Part shown: piece by piece, positions 10,525 through 20,477 of the stretch
How the letters are laid out: the number at the start of each line of letters is the position of its first letter
How positions within the stretch are numbered: position 1 is the stretch's first letter
Origin: a bacterium
GTDB lineage: Bacteria > Patescibacteriota > Microgenomatia > UBA10105 > UBA927
Direction of reading: 5' to 3'
DNA length: 64,000 bases
Assembly: GCA_021817785.1 (NCBI GenBank)
Contig: JAKAFY010000007.1
Span: 127-64,126, forward strand
Translations under genes and position numbers: made by a program
Notes under the pieces: model-generated
The model's input: the letters and a program-made list of their open reading frames with translations, nothing else
What the model was told of the DNA's origin: nothing
The model's database searches: none

Positions 10525-11749
10525 GCTCTATGCTCAAGCTTTCCGAGGCTCTTTTATACATCCTGACGAATTGGACACGCTGAGCAGAGCATCTACGTTC
10601 ACGACGGTTCCGCTAAATTTCGCTGATTCAAAATGGCGATCGATCACTGCAATTGATCAGCCTCTTTTATCTTATTATGTCTATGGAATAGCAAAAATAC
10701 TAGGGGAAACGATCCGTTTAGGTCGAAACCAAGAATGCACACCCAATCCAAATACACGGAATTATAAACCTTTATCCAAATATGTCATGCCATATCAATT
10801 CACAACTCCCAGTGAACTATCAAAGCCCATTCTTTGTATGATGACCCCGCTCTTCTCTATGAGACTAGTTGCCGTTCTCTTTAGCGTGATGACTCTCGGC
10901 ATCGTAATTATAATCGGTATGTTTATCGACAATGTCGTTACTGGTCTCCTCGCGGCTACACTATACTTGACCAACCCTGCATTCTTAACTTGTATGGTCC
11001 GGGCGATGGGGGACCCAATCCTTATCTTTTTTATGACGATCCACGTCTTCTTATCCATACTTATCGCAATGCGCTTTTTCAAACACACGTCAGTCGCTGT
11101 CCCAATTCTGGCCATTTTAAGTGGTATTGTGTCGGGGCTGGCGATGTCGACAAAATTAAATGGAGCATTATTGCTTATATCATTTTGGCTTGTTATTGCG
11201 GTTTTATATGAAAAACGGATAATAGCCGACGCTCTACAGGTTATTGTTGCTCTTGCAATTTCCCTTGTAACAACCTTCTGTATATTTTTCTTTCTTAATC
11301 CCTATTTATGGACCTCGCCGCTACAGAACTTCAATATCATGGTCGATTATCGCCTTAAAACGATAGCGTACCAATCAAAACTTTCCAGCAACCCTGCGCT
11401 ATCAACCATATCCGATCGTATTTCGCACGTCATTATAAATATCTTATTACCAAAGGGGGACTACACCACATTTCACAATAGCGCGCTTCCATTTGATATT
11501 GTATTTTTTTGCTTTGGTCTCTATATCCTTATCCGCATGGCAGTCAGATCCCGAGCGAGGGGGTCCATGGCGCTGCTGTTTCTTGTATGGGCATTCCCCA
11601 TAATTACAATCACAACCACCATGCTAGCTATCGATTGGGATCGATACTATCTTCCCATTATCCTTATCATAAAAATAATTCAGGCGGTCGGAATAACGCA
11701 CTTTTTTTCCTATATTTTTCGCTTACTAAAACCATGGAGACGCGTATGA
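10391..11749 (+). CDS. Polytopic integral membrane protein, GT-C-like. The start is probably downstream, near 10475 (MFRFAFIG...).
   Basis: Multiple TM helices and a long first extracytoplasmic loop. The annotated 5' end overlaps the divergent gene. Confidence 0.35.
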   Translation: MCVNCGEIKAMPKTMLNTITNKFSLNRNMFRFAFIGVFLIVAATMLYAQAFRGSFIHPDELDTLSRASTFTTVPLNFADSKWRSITAIDQPLLSYYVYGIAKILGETIRLGRNQECTPNPNTRNYKPLSKYVMPYQFTTPSELSKPILCMMTPLFSMRLVAVLFSVMTLGIVIIIGMFIDNVVTGLLAATLYLTNPAFLTCMVRAMGDPILIFFMTIHVFLSILIAMRFFKHTSVAVPILAILSGIVSGLAMSTKLNGALLLISFWLVIAVLYEKRIIADALQVIVALAISLVTTFCIFFFLNPYLWTSPLQNFNIMVDYRLKTIAYQSKLSSNPALSTISDRISHVIINILLPKGDYTTFHNSALPFDIVFFCFGLYILIRMAVRSRARGSMALLFLVWAFPIITITTTMLAIDWDRYYLPIILIIKIIQAVGITHFFSYIFRLLKPWRRV

Positions 11750-11769
11750 TATGATCCAAACACATTTAT

Positions 11770-12741
11770 ATGACTATTATCGTCACGGGGGCTGCGGGTT
11801 TTATCGGAAGCAATATCTGTAGCACCATGCTGCGTTCATCGGACAATTCGGTCATTATTGGCATAGATAATTATAATCCATATTATTCAAGTGCTATAAA
11901 AAAGCGCCGTATTACAGAGCTCTCCAAGCACAAACGATTTGTCTTTGTGCAATCGTCTTTTGACAATATAAGGACATTGGCGCGCATACGGTCAAAGTTT
12001 AAACCAACTATTCTTGTGCATACCGCCTCAGAGGTAGGGGTTCGTAACGGGGAGAATAACCCGCTGACCTATGTAAAAACGAACGTGATGGGGACGGCCA
12101 CGCTTTTAGAGACGATTGGGAACTATGTACACCATATCGTGCTATTAAGCTCGTCATCCGTTTATGGAAATTCCTCTCTGCCGTTTTCTGAAAATAATTC
12201 GCTCCATCCGACTTCCGTTTACGGCACAACGAAAGCGTGTATGGAATCGTATGCAGTGAATTACTACGCCCGATACGGCACTCCGACCACCATCATCCGC
12301 CCGTTTAGTGTATATGGGCCGGACGGGAGACCGGACATGCTACCGATGAAATTATTAATGGCAAGCGCGCTAGGGCGACCCATCATCGTGTCTGGCCGCG
12401 AGACGAAAAGAGACTGGACGTATATTGATGACGTCGCGTCAGCAATAGCGCTGGTTACAAACCAGCCAAATCATCTGCAACGCGTCAATATTGGTTTTGG
12501 CGAGCCGCTTTCTAACGCTCATGTCCTTCGCAAGGCAAGTGCGATCATAAAAACTTTTGGGTATCATCTCGAGTATTCGTTCTCAAAACAAAATCCAATC
12601 GAGGCGATCACTACATGGGCCGATACCACGAGGTTACGTGAGAAGTATGATGTAAAAATCATCACTCCTTTCGAGCTCGGTTTTCAACAGACCGCCCGAT
12701 TCTTTTTTTCACATCTGAATCTATATGCCAAAATCGATTAA
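11770..12741 (+). CDS. NAD-dependent epimerase/dehydratase (UDP-sugar 4-epimerase-like, short-chain dehydrogenase/reductase fold).
   Basis: N-terminal Rossmann 'IIVTGAAGFIGSN'. A catalytic 'YGTTK' (YxxxK) is present. Length ~320 aa. Confidence 0.8.
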   Translation: MTIIVTGAAGFIGSNICSTMLRSSDNSVIIGIDNYNPYYSSAIKKRRITELSKHKRFVFVQSSFDNIRTLARIRSKFKPTILVHTASEVGVRNGENNPLTYVKTNVMGTATLLETIGNYVHHIVLLSSSSVYGNSSLPFSENNSLHPTSVYGTTKACMESYAVNYYARYGTPTTIIRPFSVYGPDGRPDMLPMKLLMASALGRPIIVSGRETKRDWTYIDDVASAIALVTNQPNHLQRVNIGFGEPLSNAHVLRKASAIIKTFGYHLEYSFSKQNPIEAITTWADTTRLREKYDVKIITPFELGFQQTARFFFSHLNLYAKID

Positions 12742-13195
12742 TCCAATAAAACTATGTCTTATCTCGTCCCGGGGTGGACATCTGTACCAAATGTATTTAT
12801 TAAAAAAGTGGTGGGTAAAATATGAGCGATTCTGGATTTCTGGTCAGGGGGAGGACATAAATTACCTTCTGAAGAAGGAAATAATTTATCGCGGGTTTTT
12901 TCCTGAATCAAGAAATGCCATAAATGCAATTCGGAATTTTATGTACGGATTCATAATCTTGGCACGGGAAAAGCCGACACTGATTGCGAGTTTTGGTGCG
13001 GGCATCGCTCCACCAATTTTTTTGGCTGCCAAATTATTACGCATTCCTTTTGTGTTCGTCGACTCGATCAGCTTCGTGCAATACCCAAGTCTTTCCGCAC
13101 GAATCGCTGCGTTTTTTAGGGGCGTCGTCCTCGTCCAACACGAACATATGACGCGTGTGGTTAGCGGGGCACATTATTGGGGGAGTGTTATATGA
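12725..13195 (+). CDS. Alg14-like glycosyltransferase accessory subunit (Cps14F/EpsF-like).
   Basis: 'LISSRGGHLYQM' matches the Alg14 SGGH motif. Size ~155 aa. Its end overlaps the next gene. Confidence 0.6.
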   Translation: MPKSINPIKLCLISSRGGHLYQMYLLKKWWVKYERFWISGQGEDINYLLKKEIIYRGFFPESRNAINAIRNFMYGFIILAREKPTLIASFGAGIAPPIFLAAKLLRIPFVFVDSISFVQYPSLSARIAAFFRGVVLVQHEHMTRVVSGAHYWGSVI

Positions 13196-13695
13196 TTTTC
13201 TGTACAATAGGCACGACGGACTTCATTTTTCCGAGACTTATCCAGGCGCTTGATGCATCTCTTATAGGACAGACGGAATTATTAATACTGCAGGGAAACG
13301 CGGGGACATATCAATTACGATATACTCACGTGCGATCATTTCACGAGCTTCCATTTCATAAAATGATTTATTATATGTCGCGGGCACGGGCTATTGTGTC
13401 TCACGCCGGCGCGGGAACCTTGTTAATGGCTCTTCAATACACAAAAACCAAACCCTTTGTCGTCCCGCGTCTTGCAAAATTCCATGAACACGTAGACAAT
13501 CACCAATTATTCTTTTCGGAATACATGCATTCTCGGGGACTTGTTGTCGGAAATTTTACGGACAATCTTCTGGTTCATAACCTGCGTACATATCTTCGCA
13601 ATCCTCCGCAACAGAGGGGATATCGGCGGGGCGTTCACATTGAACCACTTATACATGGTCTTGATTCATTAATCCATAATCCCAAGCACGACTAA
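13177..13695 (+). CDS. Alg13-like glycosyltransferase catalytic subunit (GT28 C-terminal domain; Cps14G-like).
   Basis: 'MIFCTIGTTDF' resembles the Alg13 'VFVTVGTT.F' start. It is paired and translationally coupled with the Alg14-like gene. Confidence 0.6.
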   Translation: MGECYMIFCTIGTTDFIFPRLIQALDASLIGQTELLILQGNAGTYQLRYTHVRSFHELPFHKMIYYMSRARAIVSHAGAGTLLMALQYTKTKPFVVPRLAKFHEHVDNHQLFFSEYMHSRGLVVGNFTDNLLVHNLRTYLRNPPQQRGYRRGVHIEPLIHGLDSLIHNPKHD

Positions 13696-15722
13696 AGCGC
13701 AAAAGGGATACCTCGTATTTTTTCGGCAAGAGATCCGGCGGGTTTTAACCCTTGACGAAGCGCGGCAGAACAATCACTTCGCAAAGACTCCGCGCTCAAG
13801 CATTCCGTAAGAATGCTTTTTGAAACCTCCTTATTTGAAAGATCATAAAAATATAAGCTTGCAAGCTCGATACGAAAATAGCTCCATTGCGGGGCCATCT
13901 TCCACGCAAGTAGCCATAGTTCACGAGTTTTTTCCGGATTTGTCTGTACCACCGCCAAACCCAATAAATAATATATCTTTGCGAAGTATTCTCCCGGTTT
14001 TTCGGACCCGTTTATATACTGAAAGACGTTTTTTGTGAGAAATGGTTTCACTGATGGATCCAAAAGGATGGTGCTTTTGTCTGTAATACCGGCTAATGTG
14101 CGCGCGGTGACCTCGGTGTCCCCGCTCATTAGCAACGGAGAAATGTAGTCTATGACTAGTTTTATGTTTTGCGGGTCGTCGCTAACTGCTCGTTCAAACA
14201 TCACGCGAGACTGTTGCGGCGTGGTTTTTTGTGTCGCTTTTGCAAGCGCAAACAATATCTGCGGATTGTCTTTATGAAAATAGAGCGCCTCTAGTACCCG
14301 CCGCTTGGAAATGGGGCGTGTTGACGAATTTTCTATCATGGCAAGTGTGTATGTCGCGTCGAACGGAGCATAATCAAACGCCAAATTATTTTGTCGACCA
14401 ATCGTTATATAAAATGAACTAATAATCCATAACATATAAAATGTTCCCACAATAACCAGTGGTACAATCACCGAAATGTCGTTGTCTTGGGTTTCCGGGT
14501 TTGCTTTAGCATTTACTCCGGACAGCAATCCCAACCCGGCCCAAAACAAATACGAGGTGATTAAGAAATCAAATACAAATTCTATAGTTCCATACAAAAA
14601 TATCAGTGTCACACCCAACAACAAAGCTCGCTCAATGTGTTTATTCTTCCCGCCAACAACTCCCGATAAGTACATTGCTCGCGCCTGCGTCGACAGCAAC
14701 CATATATATATCGCAAGGCCAACAAGCCCGCTTTCTGCGCCTATTTCCAGCACTTGGCTATGCGCGAACCATGAAGACTTTCCCCAGCCGCGCTGCAACC
14801 GAGTCGACACTAATGAAAATGTTCCCGGCCCGTGACCAAATAGCGGCTTTTCTTGTATTGCTACTGCCGCTTGCCTCCAATATTCAATTCTGCTTTTGAT
14901 ATCCAGCGGGCGTAAAATAATAGAATTAATAGCTGTTGGCAGTAGATTCAGTTTTACAAACCAAAGGCCAATAAGAAGAATCGCCAGCAAAGAACTTGCA
15001 CCTAATGCTATGCTCCTGGATCTCGCCGTTCCTTTCAGCCGTGTATGCACTACTTCCCAAACCACGTACAAGATGACCAATATCCATGCGCCCCTAGCGC
15101 GCGTAAAGAAAAGAAGTAATAAAAACGGTATAAGAGTGCCCCATCGGAAAAATACGTTATTTTTGATTTTGACAATTGCGTAAAATACAATGGGCGTCAC
15201 AAATACAAGAAGGTCTGCAAAATGACTGTGTCCATAGTTTAAGGCTACAAGATTCATGGAGGGGATCATGTCGCGCAGCCAGGGAGTAAGTGGTATTGCG
15301 ACAAACACTACAGCTGCTAGTCCGACAAATATGCAGGTCATCGTGACAAATTGCCTCAATATATATTCCGTTGCGATTGCATAAAACAACCGATAAACCA
15401 GATATCCGCACAAAAATATAACCATCCATGATATAGAATATCCAACGCTGTCGGACATCATCGAAGACACTAGGGTTACTCCAAAATACGCCATCCATGG
15501 AAGCAATAACCAACGAGGTGGTTGTCTGTGTCTTTTTTGCTGAAACAGCTGTGTCAGCCACATAACTACCACTATAGAAACACCAAATATCGCAATAACG
15601 GCCTGCTTTCCGTCTCCCAAAAATAATCCAAGAAACAAAAGTGAAAAAAACAATACAACCAAACCGAATCCGCCTTGATTTTGCCGTTGCATGTGTATTC
15701 CGTTTTTCTCAGTTAATTCCAT
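13692..15722 (-). CDS. Large membrane protein with a Wzy_C-like (O-antigen ligase/polymerase) core and a C-terminal TPR-like soluble domain.
   Basis: About 10 or more TM helices. 'FFTRARGAWILV' matches the Wzy_C SRGAW-type motif. The C-terminal ~250 aa are helical-repeat (TPR-like) sequence. Confidence 0.5.
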   Translation of the reverse strand: MELTEKNGIHMQRQNQGGFGLVVLFFSLLFLGLFLGDGKQAVIAIFGVSIVVVMWLTQLFQQKRHRQPPRWLLLPWMAYFGVTLVSSMMSDSVGYSISWMVIFLCGYLVYRLFYAIATEYILRQFVTMTCIFVGLAAVVFVAIPLTPWLRDMIPSMNLVALNYGHSHFADLLVFVTPIVFYAIVKIKNNVFFRWGTLIPFLLLLFFTRARGAWILVILYVVWEVVHTRLKGTARSRSIALGASSLLAILLIGLWFVKLNLLPTAINSIILRPLDIKSRIEYWRQAAVAIQEKPLFGHGPGTFSLVSTRLQRGWGKSSWFAHSQVLEIGAESGLVGLAIYIWLLSTQARAMYLSGVVGGKNKHIERALLLGVTLIFLYGTIEFVFDFLITSYLFWAGLGLLSGVNAKANPETQDNDISVIVPLVIVGTFYMLWIISSFYITIGRQNNLAFDYAPFDATYTLAMIENSSTRPISKRRVLEALYFHKDNPQILFALAKATQKTTPQQSRVMFERAVSDDPQNIKLVIDYISPLLMSGDTEVTARTLAGITDKSTILLDPSVKPFLTKNVFQYINGSEKPGEYFAKIYYLLGLAVVQTNPEKTRELWLLAWKMAPQWSYFRIELASLYFYDLSNKEVSKSILTECLSAESLRSDCSAALRQGLKPAGSLAEKIRGIPFAL

Positions 15723-15740
15723 GGTGGTATACTGTCAAAA

Positions 15741-16757
15741 CTAAAACATAGCCGCCCAAATATTCATGGCTTTTGTCAGGCGTCTAAAATATTTGGTTTC
15801 GGGAAATGCGCCGGCGCTTGCAAGTTCCCTATAGCAACGGGTGGTTGCGTGTGTTGAAAACGATAGACTGGTGATAGTCTGCCATAGTTGTTCGTTTACG
15901 CCCATTGCGCGTTTTTCTTTTATCAAGTTTTTTTTGGGGTCGGATGCTTTTTTGTGCTCGACAAACGGAGACCCGTTAACGACTGCAACACCCAAATGAT
16001 CAAGGATTTTTTTGGCAAATATGCCGGCCCAAATGTCGTCATACCGGTCAAATCCCCACGCTCCCCCCTGGGGATCTTTGCCCATGAGGGGAAAATACAT
16101 AAGCGGGGTAATTTCGCGGGTAAATGCCAGATTCATCGAGCTCATCGGGAAATAATATCCGAACGGAATGTATTGGCGAAGCGGGGGGTAAGCGGCGACG
16201 TTTACGTTGCCTATCGCAAGCTGTGTTTTGGCATCCATATCCATCTTGTTTGACCACAATCCGTGGCTTATGCCCACCCGGTGAACATTGCGTGTGTCAT
16301 AAGGAAATCCGCGGGTGTACATATAGTCGGGGTGGGGGAACGTGGCAAACCAACTGCTCGGCGCTTTACTTGCTAAATTGTCGAGGTGTTTTTGAACAAA
16401 CCTTTTTTCTGCGGGAAAACAGTCGTCGTCCAGGGTAATAATGACGTCCGCTCCTTTTTGATAGGCTTTCCAAAATCCATATGAGCGTATTCCTGCGTTC
16501 TGGCGGGGGAAAATCCACTCGTTGGCGCCAAAATCGTTGCGGATGTCTTTCCAGGTGTAATGGTCGATGGATAAAAACCCCCTTGTCGGGGCTTGTATTT
16601 CTTTTTCCTTATGATCTTCCACAATGATAAGGTGGCAATCTTCAAATTCTCCGCGCCAGGCTTCTAAAAAATCGAGCGTTCTGATGGTGGGAATAACCAC
16701 ATAAATGTTCATGTCCATCACTATATCATAGAATTTCCCGCGCATCATGCTTGACAA
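15741..16757 (-). CDS. GT75 / reversibly-glycosylated-polypeptide (RGP, UDP-arabinopyranose mutase-like) family glycosyltransferase homolog.
   Basis: 'VVIPTIR' N-terminus and 'ITLDDDCFPA' (DDD/DxD motif) as in the RGP family. Soluble, ~338 aa. Confidence 0.4.
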   Translation of the reverse strand: MSSMMRGKFYDIVMDMNIYVVIPTIRTLDFLEAWRGEFEDCHLIIVEDHKEKEIQAPTRGFLSIDHYTWKDIRNDFGANEWIFPRQNAGIRSYGFWKAYQKGADVIITLDDDCFPAEKRFVQKHLDNLASKAPSSWFATFPHPDYMYTRGFPYDTRNVHRVGISHGLWSNKMDMDAKTQLAIGNVNVAAYPPLRQYIPFGYYFPMSSMNLAFTREITPLMYFPLMGKDPQGGAWGFDRYDDIWAGIFAKKILDHLGVAVVNGSPFVEHKKASDPKKNLIKEKRAMGVNEQLWQTITSLSFSTHATTRCYRELASAGAFPETKYFRRLTKAMNIWAAMF

Positions 16758-16778
16758 AATAGATGCCTATGATTACTA

Positions 16779-16796
16779 TGTGGAAAAGTTATCCAC
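16779..16796. promoter_or_regulatory. Inverted pair of DnaA-box-like 9-mers (TGTGGAAAA / TTATCCACA) upstream of dnaA.
   Basis: The sequence is atgTGTGGAAAAgTTATCCACAc. The second 9-mer is a perfect consensus DnaA box, at 16788-16796. It lies about 20 bp upstream of the dnaA start. Confidence 0.5.
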
Positions 16797-16816
16797 ACTT
16801 CTTCTGCCCCTAATTT

Positions 16817-18184
16817 ATGGATCTAACGCGGCTTTGGAAATCGGTGCTATCGGAAATCGAGTTGTCTGTTTCAAAGGCAACGTATCAGACGCATTTTGCG
16901 CATTCGTTACTGCTTTCGTTGGACGCCGACGTCGCTTCTATCGGTTTTCCGAGCCCCCTCATGCGGACGCTTGCAGAAACGCGGTATTACAGCCTCATAA
17001 AGAACATCCTGGATCACAAAACAGCTACAAACACGAGTCTGGTGTTTTCCGTGCTGCCAAAAAAAGAGCCGAGTGAGCGGGACGCCGGCCCGCTTTTTGC
17101 GCAAACGATAGATGCCGGCCCCAACACAACGGTGCTTGCCAAAAAATTGCATATCAACGCGGAGCTTACGTTTGACAACTTTGCCGTGTCGACGACAAAC
17201 CAACTTGCGTATGCGGCTGCCACTGCCATCGCTAAAGGTCCGGGTACATCCTATAATCCGCTTTTTTTGTACGGCGGTGTGGGCGTGGGAAAAACCCACC
17301 TTATGCACGCCGTTGCAAACGCGTTGCTTTCAAAAAAGACGTCGCTTCGGGTGGTCTACTGCATGGGAGAGGAGTTTTTAAATGAAATCATCGAGTCTAT
17401 CCAGATGCGCACAACCCGTCAGTTTAAACAAAAGTACAGAAGCGCGGAGCTTCTGATGGTAGACGACGTACAGTTTATTGCAGGCAAACAAACGGCGCAG
17501 GAAGAATTTTTTCACACGTTCAACGCCGTGCTTCGTGAAGGGGGACAGGTATTATTAACGTCTGACCGCCCGCCGCATGAAATTTCAAGGCTGGAAGACC
17601 GCCTGCGCAGCCGCTTTGAGGGCGGGCTTATTGTCGACATATCCCCTCCGGGCTTTGAACTCCGCGCGGCTATCGTCAACATCAAATCAAAAGCGCTTGG
17701 ACTTACTATTCCGTCGGACTGCGCACAGCTTATTGCTGCAAATGTTGTCGACGCCCGGGCCATCGAGGGGTTTCTCCGGCGGCTTACCAGCGAGCTGGCA
17801 ACAAAAACGCAACCCGTGACCCTGGAACTTATTTCAGGGCTCTTAAACATGAAGGCGGTTGTGGCAAACCACGCAGAGACAAGTAGGCGGGTGTCTCCCC
17901 AGGAGCTATTAGAGGCGGTTTCTTCCTATTTTGATATCAAAACCACACAAATGAAGGGACCCAAGCGCGACCGGCCCATTGCGCGGCCGCGACAGCTATA
18001 TATGTATCTGGCAAAAACAGAGCTCGGCCTGACGTATGATGACATTGGCGGCTCGCTCGGGGGAAGAGACCATACGACGATTATGCACGGCGTGGAGACA
18101 ATAACCCAGGAACTGTCCACAAATGAGTCGTTGCGGCAGGCGGTGGCGGGGATAAAACAAAAGCTATGGGCCGCCGCGTTGTAA
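16817..18184 (+). CDS. dnaA: Chromosomal replication initiator protein DnaA.
   Basis: Walker A 'GGVGVGKTHLMHAV'. AAA+ box 'LLMVDDVQF'. C-terminal DNA-binding helix 'GGRDHTTIMHG'. Confidence 0.95.
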   Translation: MDLTRLWKSVLSEIELSVSKATYQTHFAHSLLLSLDADVASIGFPSPLMRTLAETRYYSLIKNILDHKTATNTSLVFSVLPKKEPSERDAGPLFAQTIDAGPNTTVLAKKLHINAELTFDNFAVSTTNQLAYAAATAIAKGPGTSYNPLFLYGGVGVGKTHLMHAVANALLSKKTSLRVVYCMGEEFLNEIIESIQMRTTRQFKQKYRSAELLMVDDVQFIAGKQTAQEEFFHTFNAVLREGGQVLLTSDRPPHEISRLEDRLRSRFEGGLIVDISPPGFELRAAIVNIKSKALGLTIPSDCAQLIAANVVDARAIEGFLRRLTSELATKTQPVTLELISGLLNMKAVVANHAETSRRVSPQELLEAVSSYFDIKTTQMKGPKRDRPIARPRQLYMYLAKTELGLTYDDIGGSLGGRDHTTIMHGVETITQELSTNESLRQAVAGIKQKLWAAAL

Positions 18185-18361
18185 GCTTTTCCACTTATCC
18201 ACAACTCGCGTACTTTTATCCACAAATATATCCACCCGCTTTGCGTTGCTTTGTCTGGGTTATCCACAGCCCAAAACGGCCATTTATCCCGTCATTGACA
18301 CGCAGACACAAAAACCATACACTTTTCCACGCATAATTCTATCTACTACTGCTTTTGGTAT
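18185..18361. promoter_or_regulatory. Putative oriC: a DnaA-box cluster in the dnaA-dnaN intergenic region.
   Basis: Perfect TTATCCACA at 18195-18203, 18216-18224 and 18260-18268. Degenerate boxes (TTTTCCAC, ATATCCACC, TTTATCCC). An AT-rich tract (cataattctatctactactgcttttggtatatg) lies just before dnaN. Confidence 0.7.
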
Positions 18362-19471
18362 ATGAATATAAAATTACTTCAGGAGAATCTGTTACGGTCG
18401 TTAACAAAAGTGTCCAGAACCGTCCCTACACACCCACAACTTCCCATATTACAAAACGTTAAACTGGTCGCAAAAAAGGACGGGCTAGAAATAACCGCGA
18501 CAAACATGGAAACGACGGAAACCGTATGGGTTGGCGGCAAAGTGGAGAAAGAAGGGGAAGCATGCGTTGCTGCACGAACCCTGTTTGAATTTGTCGCGTC
18601 TCTTCCAGCGGAAACCGCCCAAATTATTTTAAAAGAAGAATCACTTTTTCTGTCCTGCGGAGGGTTTCAGGCAACACTTCCTACCGTTTCTTCGTCTGAA
18701 TTTCCTCCGACGCCGCTTTTAGACGAGAAGGCTGCCGGCTCTATAGATAAGGAGGTTCTAGAAAAAGCGCTTGCAAGCGTGCTTTTCTCTGCTGCGACAG
18801 ACGAGGGTCGACCGCTTCTTACCGGCGTTAAAATCATTGCAGATGGAGAGCACACACAACTTGTCGCCACAGATGGGTATCGGCTCTCGGTAAAAAAGGT
18901 AGCCATTACTATACAAAACCTTTCAGGAGTTATCGTTCCCGCACGCGCGCTTTCTGAGGTGGTTAAACTTGGAACGGAAGAAAAAGAAGAAAAAACGATA
19001 CATGTAGGAATAGCAGGAGAAAAACAAGCGGGATTTATCGTCGGAGAAACAACACTGCTTACCCGGCTCTTGGACGGGGAGTATCCCAACTTCGAGCGCA
19101 TTATCCCTAAAACGTTTACGACCCGGGCGCTTATCGAAAAAGAACCGTTTCTACGCGCGGTACGCTCTGCCGCGATATTTGCCAGAGACAATGCAAACAT
19201 TGTCCGATTGAACCTGGATAAGCAAAAAATTACCGTATCCGCAAATGCCCCACAGGTTGGAGAAAACAAAGTAGAACTCGAAGCAAAAATCGACGGGGAT
19301 GGGGGAGAGATCGCCTTTAACAGCAGATTCTTGATTGATTTTCTTACCAACTTTCCCGAGGAGGAATTCTTGTTTGAAATGACTGGCGCACTAAACTCCG
19401 GCGTGTTTAAGCCGGTGAAAGACGATGCATATCTTCATATCATCATGCCCGTACGCGTGACCGGCTCATAG
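18362..19471 (+). CDS. dnaN: DNA polymerase III beta sliding clamp.
   Basis: 'MNIKLLQENLLRSL' is a typical DnaN start. Three-domain length (~370 aa). Sits immediately after dnaA and oriC. Confidence 0.9.
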   Translation: MNIKLLQENLLRSLTKVSRTVPTHPQLPILQNVKLVAKKDGLEITATNMETTETVWVGGKVEKEGEACVAARTLFEFVASLPAETAQIILKEESLFLSCGGFQATLPTVSSSEFPPTPLLDEKAAGSIDKEVLEKALASVLFSAATDEGRPLLTGVKIIADGEHTQLVATDGYRLSVKKVAITIQNLSGVIVPARALSEVVKLGTEEKEEKTIHVGIAGEKQAGFIVGETTLLTRLLDGEYPNFERIIPKTFTTRALIEKEPFLRAVRSAAIFARDNANIVRLNLDKQKITVSANAPQVGENKVELEAKIDGDGGEIAFNSRFLIDFLTNFPEEEFLFEMTGALNSGVFKPVKDDAYLHIIMPVRVTGS

Positions 19472-19472
19472 T

Positions 19473-20474
19473 CTACGGGATAGCAGAAACGATAGTCGTC
19501 GTGTCAATGGGGCCGGGAATCTCCTGAACAGATGATGTCCCCCTGAAAACGTACACAGGAACAAGGCTTGGAAGCGCGGGGGAGTAAAAAAATCCCAAAG
19601 CAGCGGACCGGACCTGAACCGATTGTAATATCGCAGGATTGAGATATGCCACCGAATATTCTGTCGGCGTCGCACTGGAAAGCACCCCCTCGTTGTTTTG
19701 TAAACGACCAACCGCCTCATCATAAGAGATAACCGCAATATCCTCATTGCTCTTTCGAATCGTGGGGAAAACATACCCGCCGAGCTCAACGAGGCGGTTG
19801 GCTCCGTCAAAACGCGCTGAATATGCCGGGGAATCTGCGTCGCCGACATACACGCGGTATCCATCGAGGGAAACTCCATAATCTATTTGGGCCACCGTTG
19901 CGCCATTTGCGTTGCTTGTGGCGTTTGGATCAGTTCCTTGAGGATTCATGAATTGATATGTAGGGGAAGATAATACAAGCGGTTTCGGTAACACATCAAG
20001 CGTTTGCAATTTTGCCAACGTTGCCTGTTGGTAGTATATGGTGTTTTGTGAGATGCGAGCGCCAGACAACGTCGCCTCTTCGTAAGAAAAGTAAAGCGGG
20101 TTATCTGAAACAATAAGGGATTTTGGGCCGTCCGTCGTGCTTAGGTATGCCCCCCTAGACCCATGAATTGTTTCGTTTTGACCAGACACACCCAGTACAA
20201 AAGAAAACCGATTAAATACACTCTGGGTCGTGTTCGCTTGATTGATCGCATAATACGGTAATCGAGCGGGAAAAGACTCGTTGGTAACATTAACGCTGTA
20301 GGAGATTGCCCCCGTGTTTACCGGGCGAGACAGTTGGTTGACACTAATTGTCGGAACAACACGCAAGGGGGGCATCACCGCGGCTTTTTGGGTCGATTGA
20401 CTCGTATATCCAATCATTGCAAGCGCGAGGATAATTATGAAGATGAGTGCAGGCAGTATATATCGTTTATTCAT
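19473..20474 (-). CDS. Hypothetical extracytoplasmic protein with an N-terminal TM anchor. It is the last gene of the minus-strand T4SS-like operon.
   Basis: N-terminal 'ILPALIFIIILALAMIGY' helix. Ser/Thr/Asn-rich beta-type sequence. Co-directional and nearly abutting the M23 gene. Confidence 0.3.
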   Translation of the reverse strand: MNKRYILPALIFIIILALAMIGYTSQSTQKAAVMPPLRVVPTISVNQLSRPVNTGAISYSVNVTNESFPARLPYYAINQANTTQSVFNRFSFVLGVSGQNETIHGSRGAYLSTTDGPKSLIVSDNPLYFSYEEATLSGARISQNTIYYQQATLAKLQTLDVLPKPLVLSSPTYQFMNPQGTDPNATSNANGATVAQIDYGVSLDGYRVYVGDADSPAYSARFDGANRLVELGGYVFPTIRKSNEDIAVISYDEAVGRLQNNEGVLSSATPTEYSVAYLNPAILQSVQVRSAALGFFYSPALPSLVPVYVFRGTSSVQEIPGPIDTTTIVSAIP

Positions 20475-20477
20475 ACA

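Noticed and set aside
18667-19350. 227-aa antisense ORF inside dnaN.
   Set aside because: It lies fully within the well-supported dnaN coding region on the opposite strand. Its Ser/Ala-rich low-complexity translation is typical of spurious antisense frames.
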